The notes under the pieces were generated by a model, which was given only the letters and a program-made list of their open reading frames with translations, made no database searches and was not told where the DNA came from. A program made the translations under genes and the position numbers. A stretch of 45,815 nt of DNA from Craspedostauros australis (lineage: Eukaryota), in NCBI GenBank assembly GCA_030167865.1, contig JALAGF010006702.1:1-45815 (forward strand). Direction: 5' to 3'. Below are positions 23,541-34,845 of this stretch, piece by piece; the stretch's first letter is position 1; each line of letters opens with the position of its first letter.

Positions 23541-25040
23541 GGTGTGCACCGTCCGCGTGGATTGGAGTGGAGCGTTGTCTGGTATAGTATCTATGGCGGT
23601 CTGCGCTGGTTGGCTTTGCCGCAACGGAAAATTGGGCACACCAAGGGGTTGTGATCGGAGCTGGTTGTTCTGCTTCGTGTTGTTGTGTCGAAATCGTGTC
23701 TCTGGCGATGTTCGTCTCGTTCTCCACCTCAATGCGGACTGCCCCAAAACGCGGTGAATGCTCCTGTTGCTGTATCGATGCAAGCGAAGTGGTTGTAATT
23801 GAACTTGATTGAGCTTATAATAATAGTTGAGTTGCTAAGTTGGATGATCAGAGAGGCAGAATGATTGCCATGGATACTCGCACTCAAGGGAGATTTCAAT
23901 GTTGTCTTCGTGTTCGTTTGAATTTGGTTGGTTGCTCCTCTGTGTTGCGATTTTAGTGCCGTGGCAGCGCACATCCGGGTCCTTTTTTCTGCGTATGCCA
24001 AGTAGGCAAAGCACGTGAACAATGATTGTGGCGCGCTGGCAACGATGTTGGAAAATCTATGGCGCTCTGTGGTTAGGGTTGGTTTCATGTAACTGGATCA
24101 AATTGTGAGCTTGGTTTTGCGGCTGAGGCACAATGTGTTGTCTCTCTTCGCCATCCCACCCAAAAGAGGAGCTCTCTTCTGCATCTCTAGTCGACTGCTC
24201 GGTGATTGATTACGAGCAGTTGCCAATTCTGTGTTTGATGGGTGCCGTGGCCAAACTACGAGTAAACGTAGATAGGAGAATGTGAGAACAGCGTCCTCTC
24301 TCTCTAGAGAGAGAGTGACAGAGTCCGCCGGAGAGTAGGAATAGTCGTTGAGAAAGCGCACGGAGGGAGAATTGTTTTCCTAGAACAAAGATTGAGTCCA
24401 ATAGAATTGTTATTGTTGAAGGACGAGATCAACCGAGGTCGTACTCGTAATTAGTTTGCGAATTGATTGCTATCTACGAATGTTCGAGCGCGGGGTCTGA
24501 ATCTGTCTGTTCTCTACAACTATGAAATGGATCATCGATGAGTGCGCCTTTCTGTCTCTGTCTCTATTCGCAGAGAGGCAGAGAGACAGAGAGTAGAGCA
24601 ATGTGCGAAGCTAGTAGCTGGGAGACAGTTGATGATCGTACCAGTGCACACATGTGCTACATGATGTGGTTGAATACTTGCGTGACGACTGTGAAATATT
24701 TGTAGCTACCATAGTGATCGTAGAGTACTAATAGTACACACATCTATGTGCTGTGTTTGTGTTCCCTTCCCTTTAATTTCATTTTCGTTTCAATTCCAAT
24801 TACATGCTATACTTTGCATACGAGTACTGCGTCCAGAGAGACGTGCCCCCATAAGGTTCCACGAGGAAGTGGCGCTGATGCGGACTTGCAGTGAGTATGG
24901 CATGGCATGGAATGGTGCAGCGTGATAGATGAAGGCATGCTTTCCCAAAACTACATCGTCCTCTGTGCAAGGTATTCATACGAGTAGTACTCGTATGTAC
25001 AGTAGCACTTCGCTCCGCCCCCACTGTATCGACAGTGCAC

Positions 25041-26450
25041 CTACCGAGGTGGATTTGCTTGGAATTGCTGCGCATGGAAGTGTTGGGGTGCGTCGCGTGG
25101 TGGTGGCCCCATGTGGTTGAACATCATCCCGGCTCCCGCCGGTGGCATCATGTGCATCGGAGGAGCTGGGATATGGACGGGGATGAACATGCCCGGAGGA
25201 ATTCCCTGCGGCACGACGATCTGGACAGGAAAGCCAGCTGGTGTATTGACATACATTTGACGTCCTGGGAGTAGATTCATTGGTACCTGCACCTGGATGG
25301 TCATGTACCCAGGCGGCGATGGGGGCGCTGGCGAGAACATCTGCATCTGTCCTTGACCATGGCCATGGTGTGGATGCTGCTGTTGCGGCTGTTGCTGGTG
25401 GTGGTGATGAGCATGAGCGTGTGGTTGAACCTGTTGCTGCGGCTGCTGGTTTGGTTCTTGGGCCTGCTGTTCTTGTGGCTTTCCCTGGATTCCCGTGGAT
25501 TGTGTTGGCGACGATGGGACTGGCTGTTTGGCATTGGTGTTGGCATTGGTGTTTGTATTGGCGCCGATATCCTCGTTGACGTCGCTGTTGTTTTTGTTGG
25601 CAGCACTCTTGTCGTCGGTGGGATTAGTTGGCGGCGGTGACTTGGAGAGGGCCGCAAGGTTGATGCCTGTGAAGCTCTGGGTGTCAGCCACAGCGTGAGA
25701 AGTTTCGGTCGTCGAGGTTTTTGCGCGAGTCGGCGGCGAGGATGGAATCACGCTGCTCTCGATCTCATCCACGGTCGGTGTCCGAATTGGCACGGCATTG
25801 CTGGTCGTAGCAGCTTTGGTGGTGTCAGCGTCCTGAACGAAGAGTTGCGTGACGGCGTCCGTGTCAACGATGGGCTTGTCCGTGCCGGTGGCAGGCGAGA
25901 ATGCAGGGATGGGGAGCTTGCTGGCATCAGGAGAGGATTGGAAGGCTGACCAAGCAAAGTTCTGAGGTGTGCTGCTGCTGCTGTTGTTCTTGTTGGTGTT
26001 CTTGTTGTCGTTCTTATTGCCACCGCCACCGCCGTTGACGCTCTTGTTGCGCTTCTTCTGTCCGCTCTGCTGATTCTTCTTCGCGGGCTGCTGATTCTGC
26101 TGGGTGACAGACTGGCTGCGCTGCTTCTGCGGAGTTTCCTTTGACTTCTTCTTTCCTCCTCTCTTCTTCTTGGGCTTTCCGTTGCCGCCGCCGTTGACAT
26201 TGCCGGTGGTTCCGCTGGGATCGGGGACGGTGGCGTTGGTATTGCCTTTGCGGTTCTTGCTCTTCGACGAATGCTGCACCGGCAAGAATCCGTCCGCATC
26301 TGTCGGCTTTTTGTTCGCCGTATCGGTTGGGGCGGTCGCAGCGGAACCGAATCCGGAGGATCCGCCAATGCCCAGCAACCCCTTGAGAGCTGCGGTGGCC
26401 TCGTTCACGTTCGCATCCATCGTGGCGTTGCTCTTCTTCTCGATGTACAT
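25041..26450 (-). CDS. Low-complexity protein with a PNRC/Edc1-like motif (candidate mRNA decapping activator), ~460-470 aa
   Basis: Long single ORF with start ATG at 26450 or 26420. Mostly disordered (K/N/Q/P/H-rich), containing NFAWSAFQSSPDASKLPIPAF, which resembles the PNRC YAGxxF..P.P..LP.P motif. The C-terminus has a TIQVQVP..LLPG...VNTPAG..VQIVVPQG segment. Confidence 0.7.
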   Translation of the reverse strand: MYIEKKSNATMDANVNEATAALKGLLGIGGSSGFGSAATAPTDTANKKPTDADGFLPVQHSSKSKNRKGNTNATVPDPSGTTGNVNGGGNGKPKKKRGGKKKSKETPQKQRSQSVTQQNQQPAKKNQQSGQKKRNKSVNGGGGGNKNDNKNTNKNNSSSSTPQNFAWSAFQSSPDASKLPIPAFSPATGTDKPIVDTDAVTQLFVQDADTTKAATTSNAVPIRTPTVDEIESSVIPSSPPTRAKTSTTETSHAVADTQSFTGINLAALSKSPPPTNPTDDKSAANKNNSDVNEDIGANTNTNANTNAKQPVPSSPTQSTGIQGKPQEQQAQEPNQQPQQQVQPHAHAHHHHQQQPQQQHPHHGHGQGQMQMFSPAPPSPPGYMTIQVQVPMNLLPGRQMYVNTPAGFPVQIVVPQGIPPGMFIPVHIPAPPMHMMPPAGAGMMFNHMGPPPRDAPQHFHAQQFQANPPR

Positions 26451-27685
26451 GGCTCTTCCTTCTGTTGTCAATTCTTTTGTCAGTTCTGTTGTCAATGTTG
26501 TTGTCAATGTTGTTGGTGGACAGACGGGTGGAGTGAAGTGCTAGTGGGAGATCGTCGCAGAGTGTAAGTGGTGCAAGAGGTGAGGAGAGCAGGTACCGCA
26601 CAATGAGTTTGCTCAAGGCAAGTTGCTGTCTGACTATAATAGATCCTCGAGCCGTTGATGCTCTTGTTTCGGATGTCAAGCAGCTGCGACTGTGAGCGAA
26701 GTGTCGGATGCAGATGTGAGCAATCCTTCGCTTCGTTTCGTTTCGTCTGTCTTTGTTTTCTGCTGTATCACCTGTTTGTGGTCGTTGGGGTTTTCAATTT
26801 TGAATTTCTCTGAGACGCTTTTGCCGCGTTGATTTTTGATTCTGCCTTTTTCTTTTGGTCGCTCATCGTGATGTTTCACCCACGATGCGTGGTGTCGCCG
26901 TGTGTGCCACATCACGCCGCGCTAGTACTCTCGTTCGTGGACATGATACGAGTGTTCTGCGACAGCGCGATTCGCCTGCTGTTCGGTTCCGAACAAGGAC
27001 AATGGACCACAAAGACAGAATCAACTTCGCTGGTGTCGAATGTCTCGTGTTCTTTCGTGCATTCGGAACTTTGCCTTCGCCCGTGTGTTTGTCGCAGGGA
27101 TGAAATTTTCAAAAAGTGATTGGTGTGGTCCAACTAGTCGATCCATCCCAACCGTTGACCGAAGAGCGCCACTCATCGAAACTACATCATCAGTGCACGC
27201 CAGCCATGACACATGTCGTCATCTTGCGACGCACTGCGTCTTTCACCTTGTTCCATCCACGTTCCATCACTGATCCATTCATTCGTTCATCTGTCATCGT
27301 GGGTGTCGATGTCCGGTTGGCCACCAACGCGTGCCTTCTCTCTCTCTCTCTCTCTCTCTCTTCATTCCGCCGTTCCAGCAAAGATCCGTGCGTGTTGGCA
27401 TCTCCCTCCGTCAATCCTCCTGACACACAAGTCACAGGGTCACACTCGTACCCGCACCCGTACTCACACAGGTGTTGGCGACAGTATTGGCAGACCAGTG
27501 ACCATCAAGTCCGGATCCAATCTCACAACCGCAACCGCTCACGTCACTACGCTTCCCACTCCGCACTCCACGCATAACTCACAACCTTCACGGTGATCCT
27601 GTCCTCGTCCAGGAAGTGATCTGACAAGTGCTTCACAATCAGCAGCACAATCAGCAGTGCAAATAGCAACATTCCAGCAACAACA

Positions 27686-29594
27686 ATGAAGCTTTCTCGA
27701 ACGAAGCTGAGCGCCACCAGGGGCCGTCGCTTGACTGCATCGTTGGTCACAGTCGCAGCGATGCTTTCCACGGTGCAAGGATTTCAAAGCATCAGCGGCA
27801 ACAGCGGCAGGATCAGCGTCCCGTCCACCGCCTCCTCGCAGTTCCGAGACAGCGACAGTGCGGCGGTGCCACGATCGCAAAGACCGCTTCATCATGCATC
27901 CTTCCATCAGCGCTCATCCGCCACCCAGCGCAATGCCATCCCCATCATTTCCTCCATCGCGGACGCCGCCAGCTCCCCCCTCGGCGCGGCATCCGTCCTC
28001 GCCATCATCGTCACGATCCACGAACTGGGCCATTACCTCGCAGCGCGCGTCTTCGGCATCACTGTCGAAGAATTCAGCGTCGGCTTCGGTCCCAAGCTCA
28101 TCAGCTTCAACAAGTTCGGCAACGAATTCAACCTGCGCGCCTTGCCGCTCGGCGGATACGTGCGCTTCCCGGAAAACTACGACATGAAGGAGGCCCAGCA
28201 ACTCGAAAACCGTGCCGTCGAAGCCTACCAGGAACGCCGCCGCACCAACCCACCCTCGTTCACGCAGGAGGTGCTCAACTTCGTCACGTTCGGCGAGGCC
28301 GATCGTCGCCAACGTCAACAGCAGCGCGAGCAGGAACAGCTCGAGATCGAGCAAGAGATGGCCCAGCAGACCTTCTTGCAGCGCATCCTCAACCGCGGTC
28401 CCAAGCAGGTGCCGCAGGAACAGGATCCCGAAGACTTTGAAATTGACTACTACGACGATCCCGATCTGCTGCAAAATCGTCCGTGGTTTGAGCGTGCCGT
28501 CGTGTTGAGCGGCGGTGTCATCATGAACTTGGTGTTGGCCTTCGCCTTGTATTTTGGGCAAGTCAGCGTCGGTCCCGGTGTGCCGCAGCCTGTGTTTCAA
28601 AACGGCGTGGTCGTGACATCGATTGCACAACGCGATTCGGCGTCGAAAGGAATTCTCAATGTCGGAGACGTCATTGTTGGCGTTGGAGGTAAGACGACGC
28701 AGTGATAGTTGGCACCGCATCAACATCTGCGCTTGCGTTGGCGCTTGGGGGGCTGCAGTTGCTCATCACAAACTCGCTCTTGGCAGCAGCATCAAAGGGC
28801 ATGCCTGCAATCTGACCCCGAGTCATACCCACCTCACAAACCGAATCCGCTGTCTTATTTCAACTCCAATTCCAACTGCCTTCCTTCCTTCTTTGCTCCC
28901 TCTTCTTTCATCTCCAGGTTCGCCCGTGACAATGTCCGGAAACAACGCGATGGGTGCACAGAAGGAGGTCTCCAGCGTCATTTCCACAATCAGAGCAGTA
29001 CCGGAGGGCGATCAGCTGAAATTGAACGTCCTGCGCGGACAGAACAAACAGAATGTGGATGTCTACGTCCAGCCCAAGCGAGTGGCCAATGATGTGGGAC
29101 AGAAGGGACCGCAGTCCATCGGTGTCATGCTGTCTCCCAATTACATCGAAACGCAGAGGTTGCAAACAAAGAACGTGGTGGAGGCATCCAAAATTGCTTA
29201 CAGTGTCCTTTATGACACCACAAAGCAAACGTTGGATGGGTTGCTGTCCCTGATCTCGCAGCTGTTGATGGGCAAAGGCACGCCACCGGGACAGTCCGTG
29301 TCGGGTCCCATCGGACTGATCAAGGCGGGCTCCGAAGTCGTTTCCACCAAGGATATCACGGCCGTGGTCATGTTCTCGGCCGCCATCAGCATCAATCTGG
29401 GTGTCGTCAATGCCTTGCCGCTTCCTGCCTTGGACGGAGGACAGCTGGCATTCGTTCTTGCGGAAGCGCTGACGGGACGCAAGATCAACCAGCGTCTGCA
29501 AGAGAACATCACCGGGCTTGCCGTCCTCTTCCTTCTCTTTGTTGCCGTGACGACAACATTCGGCGATGTCGGAGCTATCCTTGCTGGTCGATAA
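27686..29594 (+). CDS. rseP: Plastid-targeted RseP/ARASP-type site-2 (M50) membrane metalloprotease with PDZ domain (exons 27686-28688, 28918-29594; 559 aa)
   Basis: Motifs HELGH, EEFSVGFGPKL, RALPLGGYVRFP, SGPIGLI and NALPLPALDGG. Signal-like N-terminus followed by QG-FQS. Intron 28689-28917 is GTAAGA...CCAG, phase 1. Confidence 0.93.
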
Positions 29595-29952
29595 GTGGCG
29601 CGTGCTATGCCGTATGGAATGAAAGCATCGTGGTTCCGTCAACCAACAAAACGCGTCTGCAGTTGTGACACGTGAGCGTCCTCCAGCGTGGATGCATTGG
29701 CAACTTCGAATCACAAATAATCTCGTAAAAATAGAGCGGTACGCTGATACTGAAAGACAACAGCAATCGTCTGCGCTCTTGTTCTTCGTTTAAATGGTGC
29801 TGAAGCAGTTATCCCTTTGCTGTCGTTCGTAGAAGCTTGATAGAGCGAGTCTCCCAACTGTCTTTTGTGAACACCACGTCCTCTGAATGGGTTGCAATCA
29901 CGTTGGGGGATTCTTCCGCTCTTTGAGTATGCAGCGATACGCACATGCGTGC

Positions 29953-32900
29953 TCACAGTCTGTGATCCCCCAACCTGAAACCATCGTTGGCCTCGTCTAC
30001 CTCCTTGTCCTCCGCACCTGACATCGTCGCCGTCGATATGACGCGACAGGAAGCGCCCTTGGAACATACATCGATGCTGTGCCAGGTCATCTCGCTGAAA
30101 TCGGAACCATTGCCACCGCCACCGTCATCCATCCCGCTCTTCTTGCTTTCAAGAAATTTCTTAATGCTCTCACAGTCATGGCCCTCGCTCGCCACGGCGA
30201 CCATGAATCCACCTCCGCCAGCGCCGCAAAGCGATGCACCCAAAATCATGCCCTCACTTCGCAGCACCGACACCAACTCACGGTACTCGCGCGGTTCCAC
30301 GCCGCTTTCGGGTCCTGCCATGGCGCACTTCAGCTTCCAGTACGCCGATAGCGCACGGCCCAGGCCATCAACGTCGCCTGATGCAACAGCGTCAGCTGCG
30401 TCGCGTGAACAGACATGCAGCTTACTGACGGTATCTACGATCTCATCGGACTGCCTCGTCCAGCGATCCAGGACATGCTGCAATATGCCCTTTGCCAGCC
30501 TTGGTTTTCCTGTGAAGGCCAAGACGAAGCGTCGGTTGATGGCTGACAGCGTGTCATCCGAACAACGGATGCGATCCACCGATAGATCTATCGGAACTTG
30601 GTATGGACTGGATCTCACCAGCTTGATGCCCGGCACCACGCCATGGACCTGGTCTTGATATCCTCCGCCCGTCGTAAGCAGCTGCTCGATCATCAGCACT
30701 GCGTGGAACACGAAATCATTGGAAAGATCACCAATGCCAACCGCCTTCGCCACGGACATCAGAACACAGCCGGCCAAGATGGAGCTGGTGCCCATCCCTG
30801 ATCCTTGCGGAAGTAACGATGCCGTGATGATCTCGATCCCTACATCTTCCGAGGTATTGCAGAACTCGTTGAGCAGTGTTTGCAGACTTCTACCATCGCC
30901 CTTCTGAGCGTCATGACCGCTGTCATTACTGTGAATGTCATCCACACTGATCAAGCCCAAGCAGATCAGCGTGCACTTCAGCAACGCGCATGTGGATGTG
31001 GGCTGATTGTAGTCACCAAAGTCTGCCACATCACTCACCATGCAACCCATTTCCGAGATAAGATCGCCAGTTCCCATCGTACGGTACTCGGACCTCAGCT
31101 TGATGCCTCTTTTGCCTGCTGTGACCCTGCTTCTGCAGGACAACGGATGCAAGCCATCCATCGCCACTGCCATACCGGCGATAGACCCACCGTACTCGTA
31201 GCTGATCGGTGGGGTGTCGCCCCAACCACCGCCGAGATCGATCCGAACGGGGGATGTCGCAACGCACCATGCGTTTGGCACGTGCCGCTGTGCTTGGGCA
31301 TCGACGGCCAGTTGGTTTCGCTCCTGCTGCAGTGTGAATCCGCTCTGAATGCATGTCATCATTAACTTGGCGGAGAGGGCACGGAATGTGGTCTCCAGAA
31401 CACGGATATCCTCGACGGATGAGAGCGACGCGACCTTCCGCAGTTGGACGATCTTCTCAAGCGCATCGAGGCGCGATTCATTGGTTGAGAGTTGCATGGA
31501 GAATGTGTTTAGCACGTCATCGGGAATGGGGTCCAGCGTCCACCTTGGCTTCCTGATATCGCCTTGAGCTTCGACTTCTGCAGTTGATACTGGTGGCGGT
31601 GATGATGATGTTTCATGCAGATTGAGCGCTAGGAGGAGAAAGGCGCGGATCAATCGTGATGCTTGGCAGCACACAAGTTGTTTTTGGCATGATATCGCTC
31701 GTCTCAGCACACCCTCCAATCGGTCTATAGCTCCTTCGATAGATGCCAACGATGATGAGATACCTGCTCTGTCCCCATCATGTTGCTCCTGACGTTGCTG
31801 ACCATTGTGTTGGAAAGATTTTAGCTTCTCCAACTGCTGGTTGAGACTGGATCGCAGCTGTACCTCTATCATTGTCTCTCTTCGATGCCTCCAATGGTCT
31901 CTTGCGGATACCATGCCATGTAGCTGTTTCAGGCTGACCTTCGGAAGGCTCTTCCATCGCTGGAAGCTGGCATCATCGATGGATGCGTCCGCCTTGTTTT
32001 GGCAACCAACCAGGCCATTGAGCCAATCAAAGACGGAAGACCATGATGTCCCATCTCGCACCAATGGATGGATCGTCGCATTCCACATGATGTCGGCAGG
32101 ACCATCAAGATCTGCGGACAGGCCGATATCCACGGGCTTGAGGTTGGTCGCGACAAAGAATTGGTCGGGTGGCATCCCGTAGATGGTGCCATCTGCGATG
32201 CGTCGCTTGGTGTTGTCGTTGATGCCCACCACCATGTAGACGAGGTCGGCAACCGTGCTGGTAGGATTGGTTGGGGAGAGGGCGATTTGATTCTTCTTGA
32301 GTGGAAGGATCTGGACGCACAGATTGTTTGGGATCCGTGTGCATTTCTCTGCTCGTTTGCTTACCGTGCAAGTATCGCTATCACCATCGCCAGTGTGACC
32401 GTCGCATGAAGATCTCCATCCGCTCAGAATAGAGTTGTCCCCAATGATCATTCTATTGTTGGTGCTCAGCATGTTGCAGTACTCGACGACGGATCCATTT
32501 CCCAAGGATGCTGGGTACCGTAGAGAGAAAACGGAGTGCATGACGACGTTCCTGATTTGTGTACTGTTGCTGTTGACACCTGCTCCATCGGTCGAATCGG
32601 GTAGGAAGCAGGTACCAACCCTGGCTGTCGCATTCAGCGATCGGGCAATGGATGTGAGAATCCTATTTGCTTTGGAACTTGAAAGAATATCCATAGCAGC
32701 AGCGCTCGTTGCGGTGGACGCAGCAGCAGCATTGGCGGCGGCGTCGGTGACGTTGAGAAGGAACTGTTGGAGTTCCTTGGTGGTGCCGAGATGCGTGAAA
32801 CCTCCATCTATCAGCGTCATCACCTTCAGTGGAATGTCTCCCAACGCTGCCGCCAGCTGCAGTTGCATTTCATCCTGATGCGATGGCACTTCATTTCCAC

Positions 32901-34116
32901 TCGCTGCATCATCTGATTCCTTGTTGTATTGCAAGTTGTGAAGGATGTCCGTATATAGATCGATAGAAAGGGCATGCTTCTTTGCGAACGCCTTCATGTT
33001 CTGATCCTGGAATGATGGTGCACCGTTGTTTGTTGAACTTGTACCAGGAGTGATCGAATCCTCACACGGATCTGCTTCTTCGTTGCCCTTGATCCACCCG
33101 TTCGCTTCATTCTTTCCATTTTGCGTATTCTGCATGCCAGGATTGAGATGATCATAGTGCTTCTTGAGACCAGTCCTCGTGCAGAGCGCCAGAGTTGAGG
33201 TTGACAGACCTCGCAGAGCATCTACGGCCTTCGGGGTGAAGATAATGATGCCCGTATCGATCCATGCCTGCTCTTCCTCCACCTCCTTCTCTTTCTGTCC
33301 GTGCTCTGCATCTTCACCATTTACATCAGCATCATCTTGTCCATCCTGTGATGGCAATCGGAATGAAGCAGGCACGCCCAGGTGCTGTCCCTTCAATTCA
33401 TGAACCGACGGCTTCTGCCACACGCCGATGGGATCCGCGATGCATGCCGCGACGTTTGTTGAGCGCGATTCGACCAGCTGTTTGGACAAGATGAACACGC
33501 CATGGTTCTTCGCCACGTGCAGCGGTGCAGGAATGGACAGGCCGACCACCGCCGGTTCATCCTCCTTCAATTGACGAAACGTATGGTGGGATGATGGGGC
33601 CGTAGGTTCTGCCGAATCGTCATCCGAGTCGTCATCCGAGCACAGAATCTGCCCGAGATCCAGGATGACATCCGTGGCTGCGATCACGACGCTTCCCATC
33701 GGGATGTGCGTCTTCCGGACCAACCCCGCAAGCTGGAGGAGCAGCCACGTGGTTGGGTTGGTGTGGGTGGACGATGGCAATGACAGCCAGGCCTTGCCCA
33801 AGATCATCAGGGACGGACATCGGCTGGAGTCGCCACCGGCGTGCAGCACGCAGATTCGAGATTGGGTCGTGACGAAGGCTGGCGCATCCGCGAAGGCTTC
33901 CTCCAGCGCTGCCAGCGTGCCCCCGCCGCTTCCGCACCGTGCGCCGTACGGATCGCATGTGGAGATGAGATGGACCTTCTGGCCGTTGTGGCGCTGCTGG
34001 AGGATGCGGTTGAGGTCGGTGTGCAGGGTTTCGAAGGCTGCTTCCGCGGCTTCTTCGTCAGGGCACGTCACAACGACGCAGTCGAATGGGAAACTGCTGG
34101 TTGCGTGATGCGTCAT
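29953..34116 (-). CDS. FKGP: L-fucokinase / GDP-L-fucose pyrophosphorylase (FKGP/FUK family), 1387 aa, intronless
   Basis: N-terminal DPYGARCGSGGGTLAAL, LHAGGDSSRCP, NHGVF and FTHLGTTKE. C-terminal GHMP kinase motifs PVRIDLGGGWGDTPP, LPQGSGMGTSSILA, EQLLTTGGGYQDQ and LCGAGGGGF. Confidence 0.92.
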   Translation of the reverse strand: MTHHATSSFPFDCVVVTCPDEEAAEAAFETLHTDLNRILQQRHNGQKVHLISTCDPYGARCGSGGGTLAALEEAFADAPAFVTTQSRICVLHAGGDSSRCPSLMILGKAWLSLPSSTHTNPTTWLLLQLAGLVRKTHIPMGSVVIAATDVILDLGQILCSDDDSDDDSAEPTAPSSHHTFRQLKEDEPAVVGLSIPAPLHVAKNHGVFILSKQLVESRSTNVAACIADPIGVWQKPSVHELKGQHLGVPASFRLPSQDGQDDADVNGEDAEHGQKEKEVEEEQAWIDTGIIIFTPKAVDALRGLSTSTLALCTRTGLKKHYDHLNPGMQNTQNGKNEANGWIKGNEEADPCEDSITPGTSSTNNGAPSFQDQNMKAFAKKHALSIDLYTDILHNLQYNKESDDAASGNEVPSHQDEMQLQLAAALGDIPLKVMTLIDGGFTHLGTTKELQQFLLNVTDAAANAAAASTATSAAAMDILSSSKANRILTSIARSLNATARVGTCFLPDSTDGAGVNSNSTQIRNVVMHSVFSLRYPASLGNGSVVEYCNMLSTNNRMIIGDNSILSGWRSSCDGHTGDGDSDTCTVSKRAEKCTRIPNNLCVQILPLKKNQIALSPTNPTSTVADLVYMVVGINDNTKRRIADGTIYGMPPDQFFVATNLKPVDIGLSADLDGPADIMWNATIHPLVRDGTSWSSVFDWLNGLVGCQNKADASIDDASFQRWKSLPKVSLKQLHGMVSARDHWRHRRETMIEVQLRSSLNQQLEKLKSFQHNGQQRQEQHDGDRAGISSSLASIEGAIDRLEGVLRRAISCQKQLVCCQASRLIRAFLLLALNLHETSSSPPPVSTAEVEAQGDIRKPRWTLDPIPDDVLNTFSMQLSTNESRLDALEKIVQLRKVASLSSVEDIRVLETTFRALSAKLMMTCIQSGFTLQQERNQLAVDAQAQRHVPNAWCVATSPVRIDLGGGWGDTPPISYEYGGSIAGMAVAMDGLHPLSCRSRVTAGKRGIKLRSEYRTMGTGDLISEMGCMVSDVADFGDYNQPTSTCALLKCTLICLGLISVDDIHSNDSGHDAQKGDGRSLQTLLNEFCNTSEDVGIEIITASLLPQGSGMGTSSILAGCVLMSVAKAVGIGDLSNDFVFHAVLMIEQLLTTGGGYQDQVHGVVPGIKLVRSSPYQVPIDLSVDRIRCSDDTLSAINRRFVLAFTGKPRLAKGILQHVLDRWTRQSDEIVDTVSKLHVCSRDAADAVASGDVDGLGRALSAYWKLKCAMAGPESGVEPREYRELVSVLRSEGMILGASLCGAGGGGFMVAVASEGHDCESIKKFLESKKSGMDDGGGGNGSDFSEMTWHSIDVCSKGASCRVISTATMSGAEDKEVDEANDGFRLGDHRL

Positions 34117-34845
34117 GATGAGTGTAGTACTCGTATTGTGGAGTGCGACCTTCGCGCATCATGGAGGACGGTGCCAAACCGAGGAGCGTCGTCGCGTCGC
34201 CATTTCAGGGGGGGAAGCAACGCCATCTTGGATACAGGAATTGCGTTGGAAGGACTCCACGATTGTTCCCCTCTTTTGGACGAAACAACCATTCTGACGG
34301 AAGAATGATCTCGTGACTAAATATTCCAGTCTTTCAAATGGTTTTGCCACATTACTGTCAATTTAGTATATTCCAGTACCGTGTTGGACGAGAAAAGGCC
34401 ATGAATGGTGTCATTTGTTTGTTTTCTGGAGAGCGTGACGAGACGTGACATGGCGCGACGGACTGCCCCACAACCGCCGGCATCGGCACACACCACACCG
34501 CAAGACCTCCAACAACAGACGACCATTGTGGGTGTGATAACATTTGGAGGACCCCCTCCTTCAGCGCATTTGTACTTGTAATCGGAACAAATCGGTTCGC
34601 CCATTGGCGCTACTTCTGCATCACCCGTACGCACCGCACCACATCACACCACATCACATCACAGCATCCACATTCACATCACAGCATCCACATTCACTGC
34701 CAGCCCTAACCTCCAAAGGCAGAGCATCAGAGCATCAGAGCACAAGAGAAGCGGCAGCGTCATCGCACCCGCAACGATTACAGCAACAACAACAGCACAG
34801 CAAGGCGAGGCATCTTGCGCCACTCGCAGTCGCAAACACATCAGG

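Noticed and set aside
24296..24315. Perfect 20-bp palindrome ctctctctctagagagagag
   Set aside because: Simply a (CT)n run abutting an (AG)n run, and such microsatellites are common in this window.
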